This document shows, one piece after another, positions 24,593 to 36,598 of a stretch of DNA of 64,000 nucleotides. Numbering within the stretch: position 1 is the stretch's first letter; every line of letters starts with the position of its first letter. Under the pieces are notes generated by a model. It worked only from the letters and a program-made list of their open reading frames with translations. It had not been told where the DNA came from and made no database searches. Origin of the DNA: Mobula hypostoma. Its lineage: Eukaryota. The stretch is taken from NCBI RefSeq assembly GCF_963921235.1, contig NC_086107.1, positions 112,780,001 through 112,844,000 on the forward strand, read 5' to 3'. Position numbers and translations under genes: made by a program.

Positions 24593-26286
24593 TACACGAG
24601 AGATGTTTGTGCAGGGAGGGTGATCTCATTTCAGACACCTGACATCAGGCACTGCATTGACCAGACCTGGAATAAAGCACAAACATGACCCCATTCCACT
24701 CTCGGATAGCAGAGAGCTTTCTGTAACCAGTTCACATGTTCAGAAGATGAAGGCCTATAGCAAAAGAAGGGCACTTTCACTCTTAGTTATCACTCTGCAT
24801 TCATAGCTGTGGACAACAGATCTCGGTAGAAACAAGTGTTGGAATCAGTTTTTAAAAATTTTTTTTATAGGATGCTGGTTGAATTAATGCAAGACTAAAA
24901 TCATAGTTTTATTCGTAGTTTCTTTCTTCCTGACATAATTTGTATTTTTAACTATTTGTATCTTTAACGAACAGGTATTTTTCACAGTATGTGGTGGTTC
25001 GTCCCCACTTACTGGCAGAGGGCAGTATAGCAGTTACACAACTGTTTACCACCCTTTTTCACTTTTAATTTGCACATTTACACGTGTTATAATTGTGTAG
25101 TCTTTTAATTGGTTTATCTTCATCTAAGGAATTTCTGTTATCTGGAGTATATGGGTAATAGGTTTTTCAAAAGCGCCATACTGAATCTCTTTAAACTGTT
25201 TTGTTTCTCAGCTCCTTACTTTGTTTCAAGTGCTCTGTTTAAACTTTAAAATAAACAATCACGAAGAATCAGTTTCTCGCTCATTCCTGAACTAAAAGAA
25301 CGAAGGGATCGAAAATAGCCAGGATCTGACACTGGCTACAACTGGTTCACTTCTAAATGAGAGATGACACCAATCGTGTTTGGTCTGTGCTACAATTCGG
25401 CTCTGGTCCTTGGGGTGAAAAGAGTGCTGGTATCCTTTCGACACAGCCCAATTTTATTGAATTTGGAGATAGAATGTGAAACGGGCTCCTCCATCCACAG
25501 TAGCTGCACCACCCAGCAGCCCACCTCTTTAATCCCAGCCTAATTTACAATGACCAGTTGGCAGGTACATCTTTGGGATGTCGGAGGGAACCAGAACACT
25601 CTGAGGAAACCCACGCGCTCACAGGAAGGACGTACAAACTTCTCACGGATGGTGATGGGACTGATCTCCAACACCGCGAGCTGCGATAGGGTTTCGCTAG
25701 GTGCTAGACTACCGTGGCACCACAAAAGGTGTTTAAAAGAACTAACCAGGTGTGGAGGAAAGAAAAACATAGGCTACCATGTTCAGGTGTTGCTGTTGTT
25801 ACAGGAATTATTGCTGATGTCAGGGAAAAGCAACTCAAACAGTAATTTGCATCTTTTGGACACAAGTTTAAATCCAATACAGACTGCCAACAGGTAAAAC
25901 AGCATCAATGTTCAAGACAAGGTGAAATTAGTGAGTCTTGTTGTAGGTATTATTTGTACTAGGGGATCTTGGCCTTACAGAAGTGCATTGTAAACTCCAG
26001 AAAAGTGTGTGAAGAGGAAAACTTTGCTGTGTGACTAAAAGGCATCTGAATAAAACTATTAGAAACACCTCAAGACTTCTATATTTCTGCTATTATAACA
26101 ACACACACAAAATGCTGCAGGAACTCAGTAGGTAAGGCAGCATCGATGGAGTAAACAGACAGTCAAGGGCTTCTTCAGGACTCAGTTCTTCAGCACAAAA
26201 ATTGTTGTGGAGCACCTCGGAGGCAGAGAAACCACGAACAATATTGAAGATACCGGAGTTTAGCAGTTCAACAGTACACCCTCAAT

Positions 26287-26983
26287 AGTAAGGGGGTTTC
26301 GTCTCTTATGTTACTGCGTAGGCTCATTAAAATGGCTTCTTTGCTATGTTATACTTGGGAATGCTTCTTTGTTATGTTAAACGCTGAGAAAGTTTTTGCG
26401 GTAGCAGCTTGTTTTGGTTTAGAGTGTGATAAGAATATGTTACGAACCAATTGGGATAGTTGTTATGCTTTTGGTGTATTTGAAGATACTGTATGCGCGG
26501 GGTTTTGGGGCAGAAGGTGGGAGAGACAGACAGAGGATGGACCAGGTGCTGTGATGTCCGCTAACGGGGTTGGACCCCGAGCAGGGCGTTCGGCGAGGAG
26601 AGGAGACAGGGATGGACCAGTGTGGAGCGTCTGGTCGACCACCATTGTTGGTCCCAGGCGGGGGGTCGAGGTGGTCCCAGAGGTCGCAGGGTGAAGAAGG
26701 GCCCTGAGCTCCAACTGTTTGTGCACGAAGAGATTGAACTTTGATAAGTGTGGCGCCTTTTATTTTCCTTTTATATTTTATTCTCTATTAATTATATAGT
26801 TCCAGTAATATCTATAAACTGTAAATTATTTAACCATATCTGGTGTATTGTCTGTTATTTGGGTGGGGTGGGTTACATCACACAGCATCCACACAAACTA
26901 ATTACCCAGTTTGGCGGGGCAGAGGGCTGTTTCCCTAAACGACAGCGAGCCGAGCGACCCTGAGGTTGGCCAGGGGGGCTACA
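26287..26983. mobile_element. Putative solo LTR (Gypsy-like)
   Basis: ~700-bp CpG-rich block bounded by (a)GTAAGGGGG...GGGGGCTACA; no TSD seen. Confidence 0.4.
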
Positions 26984-27359
26984 TTTAGATTACACGTTCA
27001 AAATCATAAATATTCTGTTGTGAGAGATGAGACAGAATCTGTCCAAGGCAAACCAACAACTCGTGTGTGTTGCACTGAGTGATATCAGCAACAATATGAT
27101 GTACCTGGCTGGAGAAAACTTGAACTGCAGTATCTTCCTTTTGGATTGTGTACAGTTGCTGGATTTTGTATTTCATACAAACTCAAATATCAGGGACTCA
27201 GCATTTGTGGTTATCTGTGCAGTGCTCTGTATGGGGTAGGACACACCTAACAAAACTGATGAGAGTTTTTTTTTGAGGAGGTGACAGAGGAGCTTGAGGA
27301 TGAGGGCACAGGACATTGTCCATATGGAGACAATTTGATAAGCTCCCTCACAGTCAGTT

Positions 27360-27982
27360 GGATGGCATCCGTTAGTCTCACGAGACCATGGATCTGCGCC
27401 TGGAAAGTCTTGCTTCAGTCTCTCCAGGGCGTAAGCCTGGGCAAGGTTGTATGGAAGACTGGCAGTTGCCCAAACAGCAAGTCTCCTCTCTCCACGCCAC
27501 CGATGTTGTCCAAGGGAAGGGCAAGGGCCGATACAGCTTGGTACCGGTGTCGTTGAAGGAGTTGCCAGAGCAAGGTTGAAAGCAACATCGGACTGCCTTA
27601 GGGACTCCAGCTCCGGATTTGTCCTCGGGGTTTACTCCTGAAGCCGAATCCAAGGTTGTCAAGTTGAGGAGTGGTAGTGGGGCCAAGCTCCCACTACCTA
27701 TAAGTGCTCCTCACGGCATGCGCCTCAAATAGCTTCTGACAACCAAGTCCAACTCCTGGCCTTCTCGTGTGGCTTAGCCTCTAAGCCTGGTCGAACTCTT
27801 TCTACTGACAGAAGGGGCGAAGGCAGGTCCTGGTGCCTTAAAACCAGTGCTTTGGGTAGATGGAGCTCATCAACCTGGGAAGGCAGTCCATCTAAGAGAG
27901 GGAAAACTCTCATTTCAAACCTCCGCTGCCTTGCAGCCATACCCACTTATAGGAAAGGCTTCGGGAGTAAGCCCTGAGGACA
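27360..27982. mobile_element. RTE-like UTR-derived element with an internal inversion
   Basis: 27620-27644 TGTCCTCGGGGTTTACTCCTGAAGCC recurs inverted at 27957-27982. Confidence 0.5.
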
Positions 27983-27999
27983 GCCAGTTAATTCAAAAG

Positions 28000-29577
28000 A
28001 TAAAGGCGCAGGGGATCTAGGGTGAATTGTAAACATGGATTGAGAACAGGCTTCTGCATAGAAGATGGAACGCCGTTTGCTCTGGCTGGAGGTCCGTGAC
28101 TGGCGATGTTCTACAAGGACTGGTGCTGGTACTTTGTTGTTTGCAATATATACTCAGTGGCCATTTGATAAGCCTGCTCACTATTGCAAATATCTAATCA
28201 ATGTGGCAGCATCTCGATGCATAAAAGCATGCAGACATGGTCAAGAGGTTCTGTTGTTCAGACCAAACATCACAATGGGGAAGAAATGTGATCTAAGTGA
28301 CCTTGGCAGGGTGGTTTGAGTATCTCAAACTCCTGATCTCCTGGGATTTTCACGCACAACATTCACTGGAGTTTACAGAGAATGGTGTGAGAAACATAAA
28401 ACAGCAAGCGAGAGGCAGTTGTGTGGGTGAAAAAGCCTTAATAATGAGAGAGAATGGCCAGACTGGTTCAAGCTGACAGGAGGGCAACAGAAACTCAAAT
28501 AACCACACACTACAACAGTGGCGTGCCCAAGAGCATCTCTGAACGGACTACGTGACAAAACTTGAGTGGATGGGCTACAGCAGCAAAAGACCACACCAGG
28601 TTCCACTCCTTTACCCAACATATTGGCCACTGAGTGTACAGCACAAAATGTAGAAGGGTGGATCAGTAAGTTTGTAGATGACAGTAAGATTGATGGAGTT
28701 GTGGACAATGTAAGAGACTACCAAAGAACATGGCACGGTATAGATCAGTTACAGATATGGGCAGAGAAGTGGCAGATAGAATTTAATTTAGACAAGTGTG
28801 AGGCGTTGCACTTTGTGAGGCCAAATGAAAGGACAAAGTATACAGATAATGATAGACCCCTTAATAGCTTTAAGGCACAGAAGGTTCTTGGGAGGCAGAT
28901 TGATAGTTTACTGAAAGTGGTTTTGCAAGAGGACAAGGTGAAATTGGCAGGTCTGGTATGGCTGCCTTTGTTGGTAGGGATGTTGAGTATAAAAACACAG
29001 GATTCATGTTGTAATGATACAAAACTTCAGTCAGACCGCACTTGTCTGCAGCTCTGGTCACCCCATCACAGGACAGATGTGGAGATGAAGAGACTGTGGA
29101 GAGGGCGCAGAAGTAGTTTACCAGGACACTACCCAGATCGGAGGTTATGAGCTAAAAGATCGGACAAACTTGAGTTGTTCTCTCTAGAGCAAGGGTTTCC
29201 AGCCTAGGGTCCATGGCCCCCTCAGTTAATGGTAGGGGTCTGTGGCATAAAAAAGATTGGAAAGTCCTGCTCCAGAGCATTGAAGACCGAGAGGAGAACT
29301 GATAAAGGTTTCCAAAATTCCGACAGGCATAAAGAGGGTCAGCAGTCAGAATCTTTTCCCCCAGGGTAGAAATATCAAATACTACAGGACAAGCTTGAGG
29401 CTGGATTGGGGGATTGGACACTTAAAGGCAACATGAAGAACAAAGTTGTTTTTTTTTTTAAAAAAAGCACAATAATAGATGCCTGGAATGGGTTACCAGA
29501 AAGTAGTAGAAACAGACAGTTTGGTGGTGCTTTAAGTGACTTTTAGATAGGCACATAAAAATACAAGGAATGGAGAG
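28000..29577 (+). mobile_element. Degraded CR1 LINE fragment interrupted by a Tc1 derivative
   Basis: LFAIY...ISKFVDDSKI, WQIEFNLDKCEALHF (ORF 28566..29150). Confidence 0.85.
28151..28636 (+). mobile_element. Second copy of the deleted Tc1 element, nested in CR1
   Basis: TA flanks, same TIRs, MGKKCDLSD. Confidence 0.9.
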
Positions 29578-29643
29578 ACAAGCAACACACATCAAAGTTG
29601 CTGGTGAACGCAGCAGGCCAGGCAGCATCTCTAGGAAGAGGTA

Positions 29644-29681
29644 CAGTCGATGTTTCAGGCCGAGACCCTTCGTCAGGACTA
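29644..29681 (-). ncRNA. Minimal type I hammerhead ribozyme motif (PLE family 1), best-preserved copy
   Basis: UAGUC-CUGACGA-AGGGUCUCGGCCU-GAAA-CAUC|GACUG: core boxes intact and stem I pairs; ACGU changed to ACAU (likely CpG decay). Confidence 0.72.
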
Positions 29682-30941
29682 ACTGAAGGAAGAGTTAGCA
29701 AGAGATTTGAAAGTGGAATGGAGAGATATGGATGATTACCAGAAGAAAGACCCGTGCCTGTACTTGCTGTATTTTAAATGAATGCGGGGGGGGGGGGGAG
29801 AGGGAGAAGGGGAAGGGTCTCATTGAAACCCATCTAATATTGAAAGGCCTGGATAGAGTTGACGTGGAAAGGATGTTTCCTATTGGGGGGAGGGCTCTAG
29901 GGTCAGAGGACACAGCCTCAGAATAGACGGATGTCCCTTTAGAACAGAGATGAGGTGGAATTTCTTCAGTCAGAGGGTGGCAAAACTGTAGAATTCATTA
30001 CCACAGATGACCGTGGAAGCCAAGTCATTGAGTACATTTAAAACAGAGGTTGATAAGTTCTTGATTAGTAAGGGCATCAAGGTTTACGAGGAGAAGGCAG
30101 GAGAATGGGGTTGAGATGGATAATAAATCAGCCATGATGAAATTGCAGAGCAGTCTCAATGGGCTGAATGGCCTAATTCTGCTCCTGTCTTATGGTCTTA
30201 TTTAGTACACACTGGCATCAAGATCAGCACAACATAGTGGACCTATGGCCTGTCTTGTGCTATAATGCTCTATGCTTTAAATTGCATTGTCTGAATCCAT
30301 TAACGTCTTGTTCAAGAAATGCTCCCAACCCAAGAGATTCACCCCCATCATGTCACCTTTCCAAACTACAAAAAAGGTTGCCATGGCAACAGTACAATGT
30401 AAAAGACCGTGTCAGCGTAGTTACTCCATCCTTTGCGACAAGGGTGCAATACCAGCCAAGGGACATTACTTGTCTGGGCCTGAGACTGGATGACCAAACA
30501 TTAACAGTTCTCACTCTGGCCACAGGGTGGGGCACTTTGCGGTAAAACTACTACACAAAGGTGCAGACAAAACCTGCCCTGTGCACAGCTACTCCAGGAG
30601 TTCTGCAGATGCTGGAAGTTCAAGCAACACACATCAAAGTTGCTGGTGAACGCAGCAGGCCAGGCAGCATCTCTAGGAAGAGGTACAGTCGACGTTTTGG
30701 GCCGAGCCTGGCCTGCTGCGTTCACCAGCAACTTTGATGTGCGTTACCTGTGCACAGCTAACCATTTTAACTGGAGAGTGAAGCACAGTTTTGCCAGCAA
30801 TGAAAGGTTTGAAACAGGTTAAAAAAAACAACGCAGAGCTCTCTTTAATTCTCACCTGTGGTTTATATAGAAAATTTTTTAAAAAATTAATTCTGATCAT
30901 GTCCATATCTCTGCTTTGCAAGCGTCTACAGACGCTGGAAA

Positions 30942-31225
30942 TTTATTTATTTATGGAGATACTGCATGAAACAGGCCCTTTGAGCCACGACCCCCAGCAA
31001 CCCCCGATTTAACCCTAGCCTAAACACAGGACAATTTACAATGACCAATTAACCCAGTAATTGGTATGTCTTTGGACTGTGGGAGGAAACCAGAGCACCT
31101 GGAGAAAACCCACAGTCCATGGGGAGAACAGAGACTCCTTATAGATGACATTGGAATTGTACTCCAAACGCCGACGCCCTGAGCTGTAATAGTATTGCGC
31201 TAACCGCCACGCTACAGTGGCCCCC
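30942..31225 (-). mobile_element. V-SINE
   Basis: Head GGGGCCACTGTAGCGTGGCGGTTAGCGC, V domain, AAATAAAT tail. Confidence 0.85.
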
Positions 31226-31414
31226 GTGAAAATCTTGAGCAACACACACTAAAATGCTGGAGGAACTCAGTGGGTCAGACAGCATTCGAACTGAGAACTT
31301 TCATCATGACCTATCCTGATGAAGGGTCTCGGCACAAAACGTCAACTGTTTGTTTCCCTCAGTACATGGTACCTGCCTGCTAAGTTCCCCCAGTATTTTG
31401 TGTGTATTACCCTA

Positions 31415-31622
31415 CTGTGGTGGTGGTGCAGTAGTATCTGCACTGGACTTCAGAGCAAGAGGTCCCGGGTTCGAGTCCGGCTGGCTCTGTGCAGAAGTTC
31501 CACTCGTGCTGGGTTGTGCGTTGAGCTAGCAACTTGGCCTTGTGAAATTGACATGTGCTAAAGAAACACCAGGTTGCCACCCAATGTGCCCAATGGTGCA
31601 GGGAGGAACTTTACCTTTACCA
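31415..31622 (+). mobile_element. tRNA-derived SINE of a second family (probably RTE-dependent)
   Basis: A box TGGTGCAGTAGT, B box GGTTCGAGTCC, tail ctttacctttacc. Confidence 0.6.
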
Positions 31623-32088
31623 TGTCTAAAACTAACATACAGGAAGGGTGCCCAAATATCACAGCAGTGCTACAAAGCCTGAAATGTGAACCGAGGAACC
31701 TTAGTGGGCATAAGTGAAAGTTTAAAAAAACCTCACAGAATATTTACAATGTACTGTATGTCAACGAATCCACTCTTGCCAACCAGTACAACCCTCATCA
31801 CTACAGTATAGCAACATAATGATCACTTTCTACTTTGTTTTGTTCTAATTGTGTTCTTTCTTGTAAAAATGTGCATCATTTATGTTCCGTTCATGTCTTT
31901 CTTGTAAAAATGTGCATCATTTATGTTCCGTTCATGTTTTTCTTTGAACGCTGCCGATCTAATACTGTGTGTTTGTGATTCTGCTCCAAGTTCCTGCACC
32001 TGTGCACACGTGTAGCTTTGCTTCCGCCCCGGCTGCGTGTCTGCGGGCTCCGCGACAGTTACTTCGCTCTTCACTGCAGTGAGGCCCA

Positions 32089-32258
32089 GTTTGTGGGCCT
32101 GCTCCGGACTTCGTGTCTCCGGACTCTGTGACATTCAGTACATAGCGGAGTGAACGGAGGCCGAGGCTGTGGGCCTGATCCGGACTTCGTGTCTCAGGGC
32201 TGTGACATTCAGTACATAGCGGAGTGAACGGAGGCCGAGGCTGTGGGCCTGATCCGGG
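32089..32258. repeat. ~75-bp tandem duplication (GTGGGCCTGATCCGGACTTCGTGTCTC...GAGGCT); a separate 40-bp tandem duplication lies at ~31857-31937
   Basis: Direct reading. Confidence 0.85.
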
Positions 32259-32617
32259 CCTCATGCCTGAGGACTCACTTTCATTCTAAATGCCATTTGA
32301 TTACTTTTATTGTTTGCACAATTTGTTGTTTTCCCTCTTTCTCTTTGCACATTGGGTATTTGTCTTTTTATTTTAAATGGGTTCTTTTGGGTTTCCTGTT
32401 TTGTGGCTGCCTGTAAGGAGACGAATCTCAAGGTTGTACTTTGAACTTTGACAGTAAACTTAACTTTGACGTATGTATACGCTGATCAAACAGCCCGAAA
32501 TTGGCTTTGTACAGATTCATAGTTACACTGGCTGGATTGAAATTAAGTAACACCAGTGGCAAAAGCCCCTCCCAAACCAACAAGAGATTGGAAATTGACT
32601 GCATGCTCTACACTTAC

Positions 32618-32757
32618 CGGGAGAAATTGTCCTCAGCTCCTGGTGCCAGAGTCCCAGTGGTGGGCACAGTATCGGAAAATACATCCACCAGCAGACTGCC
32701 TCCACCAGCAGGAGCACTCTTCAAGCCAAGCAAGTCAGCAGAAGGGGAAGGCGTGGA
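32618..32757 (-). CDS. AP2A1: AP-2 alpha hinge exon (~15), [46 protein letters not shown]
   Basis: ctgtag / gtaagt; 140 nt, phase 0-2; carries the conserved DLLGL and LLVDVF hinge motifs. Confidence 0.94.
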
Positions 32758-32999
32758 CTACAGGAAACAGGAGATCCGGTTATAGAACAGCCAAATAAAT
32801 AAATAAATCACAGCACCGAATTACGACTCATTTATACTAAATGGGCAGGACCATCTATTTTTCCTCAACTGTAATTGCACAACTAGGTAGCCTGTGGTTG
32901 AAAAGTGGCTCCATAAAATTTGTGGGAATGCTGTTTCAGTGAGTGAATGGTTATTCTGTAGGAAAGGCTTTCTGAGGATTTACTGGAAGGAGATGGTAT

Positions 33000-33578
33000 C
33001 AAAGAAGTTTTGTAAGGCTTCGGTCAGACCGCACAGAGTATTGTTAGCAGTTCTGGCACCCCTCAGAAGAAAGAATGTGCTGGCATTGGAGAGGGTCCAG
33101 AGGGGGTTCACGAGAATGATCCCGGGAATGAAAGGGTTAATGTACGAGGAGCATTTTGTGGCTCTGGACCTATACTCACTGGAGTTTAGAAGGTTGAGAG
33201 GGGAATCTCACTGAAACTTACCAAATATTGGAAATCCTAGATGGAGTTGACTTGGAGAGGATGTTTCCCATAGTGGGGAGCCTAAGACCACAGGGCACAG
33301 CCTCAGAGTAAGAGGATGTCACTTTAGAACAGGGATGAGGAGGAATTTCTTTAGCCAGAGGATGGTGAATCTGTGGAATTCATTACCACAGACAGCTGTG
33401 GAGGCCAAGTCATTGGGTATATTTAAAGTGTAGGTTGATAGCTTCCTGTTTAGCTAGGGTTTCAAAGCTTATGAGAAGGCGGGAGAGTGGGATTGAACGG
33501 GTTAATAAATCGCTGTGATGGAATAGCAGACGCGATGGGCCAAATGTCCCAATTCTGCTCCTATGCTTGATGGTCTTT
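33000..33578 (+). mobile_element. Degraded CR1 LINE 3' fragment
   Basis: ALERVQRGFTRMIPGM...YSLEFRRLRG. Similar fragments at ~22465-22805, 29815-30200, 40400-40830, 47215-47620, 50990-51265, 54165-54490, 60200-60780 and 62095-62920. Confidence 0.85.
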
Positions 33579-35196
33579 AACAGAAATTGGGTCATTCACT
33601 TACATTCCAAAAAGGGTTGCTTTTGTAACTTTTGTTGACAATACAACTATTGTCGGCAGAATTTCAGACGGTGATGAGAGGGCATACTGGAGTGAGAAAT
33701 ATCAGCTAGTTGAGTGGTGTCCCAGCAACAACCTTCCACTCAACGTCAGTAAGACTAAAGAACTGATTATGTTCTCTTGGCTACCATCAGGAATGAACAC
33801 AGAAGCCTGAAAACACACTCAACGATTCAGGAACAGCTTGTTCCCCTCTGCCATCAGAGTTATGAATGGATACTGAACCCATGAACAATACGTCACTACT
33901 TTTTTCTATTTTTGCACTACTTATTTAACTATTTAATGTATATACACTTCCATTCACATTTTTTTTTCTATTATTATGTACTGCATTGCACTGCTGCCAG
34001 CAAAGACAACAAATTTCACGGCACATCAGTGATATTAAATCTGATTCTGATGATACAGAACATCAGCTCAACAATAATTGGGAGGAGTTACACAGGCAAC
34101 TGGGACTTGTACAGACTGGCACAATTTGTACAGACTCAGGCCAGAAAGGCCTGTTACCATGCTGTACAACTTTCCACCTGTTATAGTTTTTCATGCAAAC
34201 TCTAAAAGGGATGTGGATTTAGTGACTTATATCTGCAGTTGGCCAGCAACATCAGTATTAATTACTTCTATTTATTTTTTATTTTGAGAAGATAAGCTGT
34301 ATTGTGGCGGACTGCAGATTTCTGTGACATTCATGGACTCCGGGTCTGGAATTATTTTTTGTGCGACCGTATTTTACTGATATCTTACATGTGCTCACTC
34401 TCTTGTACGTGCTTTGTGCCGTGCGTGATGGTTGGTATTGTGTTTTGCACCTTGGCCCCGGTGTTTTGCATTTGGCTGTATTCATGTATGATTGAATGAC
34501 AAGTAAACCTGAATTGAATGTAGCACAGAACACTGAGCCACGCTGCCCAGCAGCCCACCAATTTAACCCTAGCCTAATCACAGGACAATTTACAATAACC
34601 AACTAACCTACCCAGTACGCCTTTGGATTGTGGGAGGAAACTGGAACATCCGGAGGAAACCCACTTGCTTATGGGAAGGATGTACAAACTTTCTCAGAGG
34701 ACACCAGAATTAAACTAAAAACTCCAATGTCCCAAGCTGTAATACTGTCACACTAACCGCTATGCTACTGTGGTGCCCAATTATGTTTCAGGAAGGTTAA
34801 AGGTCAATTATCTCCAGCACCAGATTCCTATGGTACGGTGAAGTAATTCATGGATTCTCATACCAGCAACCAGCTGGTGCTCCCATTGGTTCTGACATTC
34901 ATTGTGTCGGAAGAGCGACGCAAAGGACATATTTCAGTTTAGTCTCCTCTGGGTTTCTGAAGTTTGTTTTTCTGCACCAATTTACCTCTTCCCTTCTGGA
35001 AGTAGATGGAAGAGGCAGCTCCCAGCCTACTGTAATTAAGATACTATCTCTGACAGTGCAGTGTTTTCTCTATTCAGCACTGAACAACTGCTTGAATTTT
35101 GTGCTCAAGTCCCTGAAATGCAACTACAGCCTTCTGAATTGGAGGTAGGTGGTGCAATGTATAGTACCAAGTATGACACATGGTCAGAATTATATA

Positions 35197-35675
35197 CACT
35201 CAATGGTCACTTTATTACGTACACCTGCACAGATACCTAATCAGCCAATCATGTGGCAGCAACTCAATGCACAAAGGCTGCAGACTTGGTCAGTTGTTGT
35301 TCAGACCAAGCATCAGAATAGGGAAGAAATGTTATCTAAGTGACTTTGACTGTGGAACGACTGTTGCTGCCGGATAGGGTGGTTTGAGCACCTCAGAAAC
35401 TGCTGATCTCCTGGGATTTTCACGTTCAGTCTCTAAAGCTTAGAGAGAATGGTATGAAAAAGAATCCAGTGAACAGCAATTTTGTGGGCGAAAACACCTC
35501 GTTAATGAAAGAGGTCAGAGGAGAATGGTCAAACTGGTTCAAGCTGACAGGAAGGTGACAGTAGTTCAGATAACTATGCCTGACAACAGTGGTGTGCAGA
35601 AGAGCATCTCTAAACGCACAACACATTGAATCTTGAAGTAGGGGCGACAGCAGCAGAAGACCACGAACATACACA
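35197..35675 (+). mobile_element. Third copy of the Tc1 derivative, right end replaced by a SINE
   Basis: TA-CACTCAATGGTCACTTTATT left TIR; IGKKCYLSDFD. Confidence 0.85.
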
Positions 35676-36029
35676 TTGGGTGGCGTTGTAGTATGGCGCT
35701 TTTACGGCGCCAGCAATTAGAAGCCCAGTGTTCAATCCCGACACTACCTGTAAAGAGTTTGTACATTCCCTCCACGATGACAAGGGCTTCCTCTGGTTGC
35801 TCCGGTTTCCTCCCACATTCCAAAAGCTATGTATTAGGGTGAGTAAATTGTGGGCACACTATGTTGGCACGGGAAGCATGGCAACACTGGCAGGCTGCCC
35901 CCAGCACATCCTCGGAATGGGTTGGCCATTAATGCAAACAACACATTTCATTGTATGTTTCAATGTGCATGTGACAAATAAAGATAATCTTTATCCTTAT
36001 ATGGTTCTGAACAGATCAAAGAATAGTCA

Positions 36030-36400
36030 TAATTTATTAATCCCGGAGGGGAAATTGGTTTTCGTTACAGTTGCACCATAAATAATTAAATAGTAAGATG
36101 TAAATTATGCCAGGAAATAAGTCCAGGACCAGCCTATTGGCTCAGGGTGTCTGACCCTCCAAGGGAGGAGTTGTAAAGTTTGATGGCCACAGGCAGGAAT
36201 GACTTCCTATGACGCTCTGTGCTGCATCTCGGTGGAATGAGTTTCTGGCTGAATGTACTCCTGTGCCCACCCAGTACATTATGTAGTGGATGGGAGACAC
36301 TGTACGAGATGGCATGCAACTTGGACAGCATCCTCTTTTCAGTCACCACCGTCAGAGAGTCCAGTTCCATCCCCACAACATCACTGGCCTTACGAATGGA
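36030..36400 (-). mobile_element. Rex1-type LINE 3' fragment with its AATAAA-containing tail
   Basis: [18 protein letters not shown]...SHPLH...[20 protein letters not shown]; tail ATTTCCCCTCCGGGATTAATAAA. Confidence 0.85.
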
Positions 36401-36430
36401 ATATAGGCATTTCACCAAAGTCACACTCAC

Positions 36431-36598
36431 CACTGTGCTGGCATTCACAACAGGTTCGACACCACCGTTCACCTCTGTTTGTTCCTTCTTCCCTTCTTCC
36501 AAGTCAGTCATGGTGCCTGGTCCCTTCTTCTTCTTCAGCTTGGCAAGGATGGAGGATTCCCGCTCGGGGAATGGAGGCATTTCTTCCAGGACGGTGGC
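36431..36598 (-). CDS. AP2A1: AP-2 alpha exon (~14), [28 protein letters not shown]...VNASTV (end of trunk, start of hinge)
   Basis: gtatag / gtgagt; 168 nt, phase 0-0. Confidence 0.95.

Noticed and set aside
31415..31482. tRNA gene
   Set aside because: A and B boxes are present but there is no clean cloverleaf, and the sequence continues into a SINE body and tail.
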